Shown here in pieces: positions 58,709 to 64,000 of a stretch of 64,000 bases of DNA. The notes under the pieces were generated by a model that saw only the letters and a program-made list of their open reading frames with translations, made no database searches and was not told the origin of the DNA. The position numbers were made by a program, and so were the translations under genes. This DNA comes from Sedimentisphaeraceae bacterium JB056 (GTDB taxonomy: Bacteria > Planctomycetota > Phycisphaerae > Sedimentisphaerales > Sedimentisphaeraceae): positions 160,001-224,000 of the forward strand of contig JBITAJ010000012.1 in assembly GCA_044440125.1 (NCBI GenBank), given 5' to 3'. The number at the start of each line of letters is the position of its first letter. Within the stretch, counting starts at the first letter, position 1.

Positions 58709-60067
58709 TTATTTCTTTGCGTCGAGTTTTTTCTGGATGTATTCCACCAGCTCATCTTTCGGGGGAATTCTTGAGATGAAAGATACTTCGCCGTCTATGC
58801 AGATTGTCGGAATATTCTTTACGCCCAAGGCACCCATGATTCCAAGCCCGTCTTTGGTCTTGATCTTGTGTTCATGCCACTCTATCTTGTCGCCGAAATC
58901 AGCTTCTACGGCTTTAACCGCGTCAACCATGTACTGGCATGGTGCACAGGCCTCTGAGTCAAGAGTGATTATGTTGAGTATGACTTTGTCAGGGTTGGTG
59001 TAATCAGGCAGCTGCACATCTTCGCCGGCAGCGGCTTCAACTTCCATGTTTCTCGCTATATCTCTCTGATACTCATCCTGAACAATCTTGGTTACTGCCG
59101 CAAGGTTGGCTTGGGGAGTAGCGTAAGGAAGGTCGCAACCTGGAGCAAGTACGAAGCCCTTCTCGCCGCCAAGGTCAAGACATCTCAGTGCGTCTTTCTG
59201 TGCCTCAAGCTCTGTTCCAAGCAGTAGAACTGTAGTAAGCTGCAGATTGCCGCCAAAGCTTATACCTCTCTTGAGACATTCATCACGAACGAAATCGAGC
59301 GGTATATTTTCGTCGATAGATACGTTGTCAGGTTTACACTCACACATAGCAACGATGTTCTGCTGTGCATGACCGCAAACAAAGAACGAGCCTGCAGCTC
59401 CTTCATTTCTGATATACTCGAAAAGGTCTGTCGCTGCCGGTGAAACGAACTGCTCGAACTGAGCTGGGCCGATCTGGCTTGTCATCGGGTCAACAACAGC
59501 TACAACATCGCATCCTGCCTCTATGTAGTATTTACTCATCGCCTTGCCGACTTCGTTGCAGAAATCAATAAGTTTGAGTACATAATCAGGGTCTTCAAAC
59601 ATTTTCATGAAGATGTCTGTTCCCTGAAGGTGAAGTGCGAGAGTGAAAGGGCCGGTTATAGTAGCGTAAAGAGCTACATCAGGATTGGCCTTCCTTATAG
59701 CTTTTGCGGCGTCAAGAACCGTTTTGATTCTGCCTTCATCAGGTCCTGGAATCTTGATTTCATCGAGAGTCTTGCCGCTTACAAGCGGGTGGCCGCAGAC
59801 GGCAGGAGGGTTGTCGGCTGAGTATTTTACATCGCAGCCAAGTACTTCCGCTTCTATCTGGAGGTCGAAAGTTACCGGTATTCCATCCGGATCATACTTC
59901 TCTATGGCCAACTGTGCACCATTAGCGATGTTTTCGGCTGATTTGAAATAAGTTTCCGCATCTATACCGAGAAGTGATGCCGCATGACTTCCTACGAAAG
60001 GAACCCATGGAACTCTGTCTACTTCCTGACACTTAATTGCGTTCAATACTCTTTGCTTACCTGTCAT
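58709..60067 (-). CDS. URO-D/MtaA-like methyltransferase-family protein fused to a C-terminal thioredoxin-like domain
   Basis: DLQIEAEVLGC, GPFTLA, FVCG, GGNL, LAPGCDLP; tail CAPCQYM...IPTICIDG. Confidence 0.85.
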   Translation of the reverse strand: MTGKQRVLNAIKCQEVDRVPWVPFVGSHAASLLGIDAETYFKSAENIANGAQLAIEKYDPDGIPVTFDLQIEAEVLGCDVKYSADNPPAVCGHPLVSGKTLDEIKIPGPDEGRIKTVLDAAKAIRKANPDVALYATITGPFTLALHLQGTDIFMKMFEDPDYVLKLIDFCNEVGKAMSKYYIEAGCDVVAVVDPMTSQIGPAQFEQFVSPAATDLFEYIRNEGAAGSFFVCGHAQQNIVAMCECKPDNVSIDENIPLDFVRDECLKRGISFGGNLQLTTVLLLGTELEAQKDALRCLDLGGEKGFVLAPGCDLPYATPQANLAAVTKIVQDEYQRDIARNMEVEAAAGEDVQLPDYTNPDKVILNIITLDSEACAPCQYMVDAVKAVEADFGDKIEWHEHKIKTKDGLGIMGALGVKNIPTICIDGEVSFISRIPPKDELVEYIQKKLDAKK

Positions 60068-60272
60068 TTTTTAACCCTTTTTTGCTTCCTGTAATAAACT
60101 AATATATTATTTCTATACTACTTAAGGTGACAAGTATACGGCGTAATCTTCCGTAATTCTTTAATGATACGACTGAAAATTAACACTATCTTGCTAAAAA
60201 AACACCTTTGGGGTAACCGCTCACGATATTTCACAAAATTTATGATTTTACGTATTAGTTGCCCGCAACTAT

Positions 60273-60365
60273 ATTAAGGAGCAGGCGGGTATTAGCATCG
60301 TGGATTACATAACCAACGTGCGAATAGAAGTTGCGAAAAATCTGCTCGTATTAAATGACTATTAA
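60273..60365 (+). pseudogene. Fragment of an AraC-family HTH regulator
   Basis: IKEQAGISIVDYITNVRIEVAKNLL matches the AraC FK..TG.S...Y....RI..AK.LL segment; bounded by stop codons with no plausible start upstream. Confidence 0.7.
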
Positions 60366-60587
60366 ACAGGGGACAGTGGGGCTGTTGAAAAAGCTCTGTT
60401 TTGCCCGCTGAACTGCATCTATTTTTTGTTTTCGTTTTTGGTATCATATCTCTGTATCTCTGCGCACTGCTCGTCTGAGACCATGCATTTGCTTGACTTC
60501 GCTGTGGGCGAAACGGGGTTATGTTTCTTTTATCTCTTTTAATAATAGGTATTTATGTTTGAGGAAACGGGTAACTGTCCCCTGTTT
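60364..60587. repeat. Segment bounded by a perfect 14-bp inverted repeat, enclosing a degenerate MITE-like palindrome
   Basis: AAACAGGGGACAGT (60364-60377) / ACTGTCCCCTGTTT (60574-60587); inner imperfect arms 60393-60408 / 60504-60519. Confidence 0.6.
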
Positions 60588-60759
60588 GGGAAGAGATTGA
60601 GAAAAAATGGTCTGCTTTGGCTGGACTCGATGGCTTGCTTTTTATTTTTCTGGTGATACAATAAGTTCAGGTGAGCCGAATTGTTTAATTTCTTTAGCGG
60701 CTTAATGGAGAAATGGTGATTTATTATATACATTTACAATTAATTAACAGGGGAGTTCT

Positions 60760-61467
60760 ATGAGCTTAACGCTTTTTGTTATTGTACTTACGGCTTCTTT
60801 CGTAATTGTAAGAATTGGTGCGATAGCATTCCAGCTTACAGGCCTTGAGTGGTCACTGGCGAAATTTCAGGCGTTATCCTGTTTCAGTGGTACCGGATTT
60901 ACTACTCGTGAGTCTGAGCTGGTGACCGGTAACCCTCAAAGACGAAAAATTGCCACGGTGCTTATGGTTTTGGGTAATGCGGGAATAGTAACTCTTATCG
61001 GTACTTTTGCCAATGCCCTCAATACTGAGAGGTCTATGTGGAAGACTGTCTCGGATAGTATTCTGCCTTTTGCAATACCAGATTTTCTTGTGCCGTGGAT
61101 AAATCTTATAACTATATTGATACCTGCGTATCTAATCTATAAGCTCTTTACTAACAGGCTTTTCCTGAGAAAGCTTACGAATTCGCTGAGAAAGAGGATT
61201 CATAGAAACTTCTTTACCTCGGTGACGATTGAAGAGCTGGTCGTTATAACCGGCGGCTATGGAGTGGCGAGAATAGAGGTAGATAATAAGAGCCAGGTGA
61301 TAAACAAGACTCTTGCTGAGTCACATTTAAGAGAAAATGATATAACCGTACTTGCTATATCCAGAGGAGAAGAGACAATCTCCAATCCTCCGGCAAGCAC
61401 AAAAATACTTGAAGGCGATGAGTTGATCTCATTCGGAAACCTCGAGAATTTACGAAATTATACCTAA
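60760..61467 (+). CDS. Membrane protein with C-terminal TrkA-C (RCK_C) domain
   Basis: FQALSCFSGTGFTTRESE pore-like segment; KTLAESHLRENDITVLAISRG...ILEGDEL. Confidence 0.82.
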   Translation: MSLTLFVIVLTASFVIVRIGAIAFQLTGLEWSLAKFQALSCFSGTGFTTRESELVTGNPQRRKIATVLMVLGNAGIVTLIGTFANALNTERSMWKTVSDSILPFAIPDFLVPWINLITILIPAYLIYKLFTNRLFLRKLTNSLRKRIHRNFFTSVTIEELVVITGGYGVARIEVDNKSQVINKTLAESHLRENDITVLAISRGEETISNPPASTKILEGDELISFGNLENLRNYT

Positions 61468-61488
61468 GAGTTTTGCTAACAATGTTTT

Positions 61489-62079
61489 ATGGAGAAAGTT
61501 TTGACCGAATATCCCGAAATATACCAATGGATAATACTGCCGTTTCTGATTTTTCTTTCAAGAGTTGCCGATGTGTCGCTGGGTACGATACGTGTTATTT
61601 TCATATCCAGAGGAATGAAGTATCTTGCGCCGGTAATTGGATTTTTTGAGATATTTGTGTGGCTGCTTGCAATTGGGCAGGTAATGCAGAATCTTTCAAG
61701 TCCTGTTTGTTATTTAGCTTATGCATTAGGGTTTTCGGCAGGTAATTATATAGGTATAAGGATAGCGGAAAAGCTGTCTTTAGGCAAGGTATTGGTGAGG
61801 GTAGTTACTCAACGCAATGCATCGGAGCTGATGAAGGCAATGAGCGAAAGTGGATACGGAGTGACAACAGTTGATGGTCAAGGTGCTTACGGGCCTGTTA
61901 AAATAATCTTTACTATAATTCCAAGAAAGAAACAGCAGCATGTATTTCAACTGGTTCAGGATAACAATCCGAGGGCTTTCTGTACAATTGAAGAGATTGG
62001 AAATACTTATGATGGTACGTTTCCTATAAATCAGAGCAGGTTTTCGTTCAATTTTCGTCCGGCAAGAAAAAGTAAATAG
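61489..62079 (+). CDS. DUF2179/UPF0316-type membrane protein
   Basis: IFLSRVADVSLGTIR, GFFE, AYALGFSAGNYIG, GYGVTTVDGQG, NPRAF. Confidence 0.82.
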   Translation: MEKVLTEYPEIYQWIILPFLIFLSRVADVSLGTIRVIFISRGMKYLAPVIGFFEIFVWLLAIGQVMQNLSSPVCYLAYALGFSAGNYIGIRIAEKLSLGKVLVRVVTQRNASELMKAMSESGYGVTTVDGQGAYGPVKIIFTIIPRKKQQHVFQLVQDNNPRAFCTIEEIGNTYDGTFPINQSRFSFNFRPARKSK

Positions 62080-62427
62080 TGAAAAATGTGCCGTTTTGGG
62101 ATTCTGTATTTTATAATATTTGTTTTTCTTTTAAGAGAGGGAGACCGCTTAAAATCTTGGTTTTGCGCCTGTATGGCTTGTTTTTGGAAACAATAGTTTT
62201 TGAAACGTATAAAAGTTTCTTGTAAGAAACTTTACAGCAAGAAAGATTCTTGTTATAAAAGGGGGTTCATATGCAAGGTGTACTCTTGTGACCGCTTAAT
62301 TTCATCTATAGTTAATTATTTTCTCCCATAATCTGCGACAGTTATGATTTTAAGCGCTGAGTCACAATCATAATATATTTAATAGTAAGAATTTGAACAA
62401 AACCAAGACGAAAATAGAAAGGGAATC

Positions 62428-63681
62428 ATGACGAAGAAATTCTTATCAGTAGTAATTTTAATACTTGCAAGCCAGTTGAGCTTTGGTCTTGAAACTAATG
62501 GAACCGATTCTGAGTCGGCATTTGACAGTATCTCGTTTGGCACAGGTGAGCCTGATGCTTCATGGGATGAGCAGGTTGTACCAATGACAATTGGTAATTT
62601 CAAAATTGGCGGAGCTCTTCGCTGGAATTATGTATACAAGAGCTGGGATCATGAATATGAAGAAGGTGGAGAGGTTGACCTTGATACAATCAGAGTTGAC
62701 ATAAATCTCATAGATGCCAAGCCTTTTATAGGTTCATTCCAGTATCGTTATTATCGCACACCGCGTGCCGATCCTTCGCATTTTTATCACATGCTGCATC
62801 ACGGCTGGTTGGGTTATGAGTTTGACAATGAAGATACCGTAAAAGTTGGTGTCCATCAGGTGCCGTTCGGAATCCTTCCTTACGCTTCACATAACTGGTT
62901 CTTCCAGCTTCCTTACTATGTAGGTCTTGAAGATGACTATGACCTCGGTATCAAATACACTAAGAAAGATGGTGACGTAACACAGGATTTTGCTTATTAT
63001 TATGGTGATGAAGGAAGTTACTATGGTATGAGTGAGGATTCCGCGAGATATTCATACGATGTGGTATCGGATGACAGTTATGTAGATTCTGACAATACCG
63101 AAAGAAATCAGATTAACTACCGTATTGCCAAGCTTTTCAAGCATGATGATGATAATTCTACTGAATTGGGATTTTCAGCGCAATGGTCGCAGATTCATAA
63201 TTCAAAAACAAGCGATGACGGCAGTCACTATGCATTAGGTGCCCATATTGATGGTAATTATGGTGATTACAACCTTAAAGCAGAAGCCATAAGGTATGAA
63301 TATTCAATGGAAAACCCTGACGGTGTCAGAAATGATATTGTTGTAATGGGTGCATATGATTTCCCGTACAATGTTGCTGCTAAGGGTACAATGCTTGTAG
63401 CTGGTCTTAGCAAAGACATTGAAGTTGAGTGGGGAAAAATCAAGAAAATTACAGTTTACAATGATTACAGTGTATTGCTGAAAGACGAGGGTGATTTCGG
63501 AAGTTCTCAGCAGAATGTGCTTGGTATGTCGTTTGGAATTGGAAGATTCTTTACCTATATCGACCTTGCAATGGGACGTAATCAACCATGGATAGGTCCG
63601 GGCTGGACAAGCGATCTTGCAGAGGGACCAAGCGATTCATGGCATACACGCTTTAATATAAATGTTGGGTATTATTTCTAA
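62428..63681 (+). CDS. Outer-membrane beta-barrel / porin-like protein
   Basis: Signal peptide, alternating aromatic strands, QVPFG, C-terminal RFNINVGYYF. Confidence 0.75.
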   Translation: MTKKFLSVVILILASQLSFGLETNGTDSESAFDSISFGTGEPDASWDEQVVPMTIGNFKIGGALRWNYVYKSWDHEYEEGGEVDLDTIRVDINLIDAKPFIGSFQYRYYRTPRADPSHFYHMLHHGWLGYEFDNEDTVKVGVHQVPFGILPYASHNWFFQLPYYVGLEDDYDLGIKYTKKDGDVTQDFAYYYGDEGSYYGMSEDSARYSYDVVSDDSYVDSDNTERNQINYRIAKLFKHDDDNSTELGFSAQWSQIHNSKTSDDGSHYALGAHIDGNYGDYNLKAEAIRYEYSMENPDGVRNDIVVMGAYDFPYNVAAKGTMLVAGLSKDIEVEWGKIKKITVYNDYSVLLKDEGDFGSSQQNVLGMSFGIGRFFTYIDLAMGRNQPWIGPGWTSDLAEGPSDSWHTRFNINVGYYF

Positions 63682-63730
63682 TAGCTGCATTAATCCAAGG
63701 CGAGAATAAAAACACTTTAAGGAACTCTGT

Positions 63731-64000
63731 ATGGATCAGATAAAAGTAGAAAATCTGTATAAGATCTTTGGTAAAAACCCGCAGCAGGCGTATAAGCTTG
63801 TGCAGAAGGGTGTATCCAAAGATGAAATACTCAAGAAAACAGGCTGCACTATAGGTGTGAACAATGCCTCTTTTAATGTGAAAAAAGGTGAGTTCTTTGT
63901 GATAATGGGCCTATCGGGAAGTGGTAAATCTACTCTTGTGAGATGTATCAACAGACTGATAGAGCCTACAAGGGGTGATGTTGTAATCGATGACCAGAAC
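63731..64000 (+). CDS. proV: Glycine betaine/proline ABC transporter ATP-binding subunit (ProV/OpuAA), 3'-truncated
   Basis: [14 protein letters not shown]...[38 protein letters not shown]; absent from the ORF track because it runs off the window. Confidence 0.9.
   Translation, partial: MDQIKVENLYKIFGKNPQQAYKLVQKGVSKDEILKKTGCTIGVNNASFNVKKGEFFVIMGLSGSGKSTLVRCINRLIEPTRGDVVIDDQN

Noticed and set aside
62080..62427. c-di-AMP (ydaO) or other riboswitch upstream of the osmolyte genes
   Set aside because: No matching conserved sequence blocks seen; an Rfam scan would be needed to exclude it fully.
1..64000. CRISPR array, tRNA, rRNA, intact transposase or prophage
   Set aside because: No regularly spaced repeats, cloverleaf or rRNA signatures, or matching proteins were found by eye.

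Overview
Bacterial DNA, probably from a Planctomycete of the Phycisphaerae/Sedimentisphaerales type. This is inferred from a DUF1559-type prepilin protein, dockerin-like DLNxDCxVD tails, PEP-CTERM proteins and a Tat sulfatase. Bases 1-43468 are a single-strand (+) glycan-utilisation-like island, open at the left edge. It is dominated by 11 paralogous genes (12 domains) of a secreted protein family I cannot assign, defined by PGRL, SENH, E-x5-Y, GxRGGxKxR and QxRWxG motifs and possibly a new Asn/His/Tyr polysaccharide-lyase-like family. The island also holds two paralogs of a second unknown family, an O-acetylesterase, a sulfatase, a GH43, a putative alpha/alpha-barrel protein, a GntR regulator, a DUF1559 protein and a non-catalytic LamG/CBM9-like protein. 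It shows clear signs of gene birth, death and shuffling: a tandem fusion, mosaic paralogs, two gene relics and a circularly permuted LamG insertion. Bases 43529-64000 hold a housekeeping operon (lepA-psd-pssA-rsmG), two PEP-CTERM genes, two URO-D/MtaA-like proteins, NfeD/SPFH genes, a decayed Rhs cassette, REP-like palindromes, an AraC relic, and a porin followed by the start of a glycine-betaine ABC ATPase. No rRNA, tRNA, CRISPR array or intact transposase was seen. All calls come from motif recognition by eye; no database search was run.
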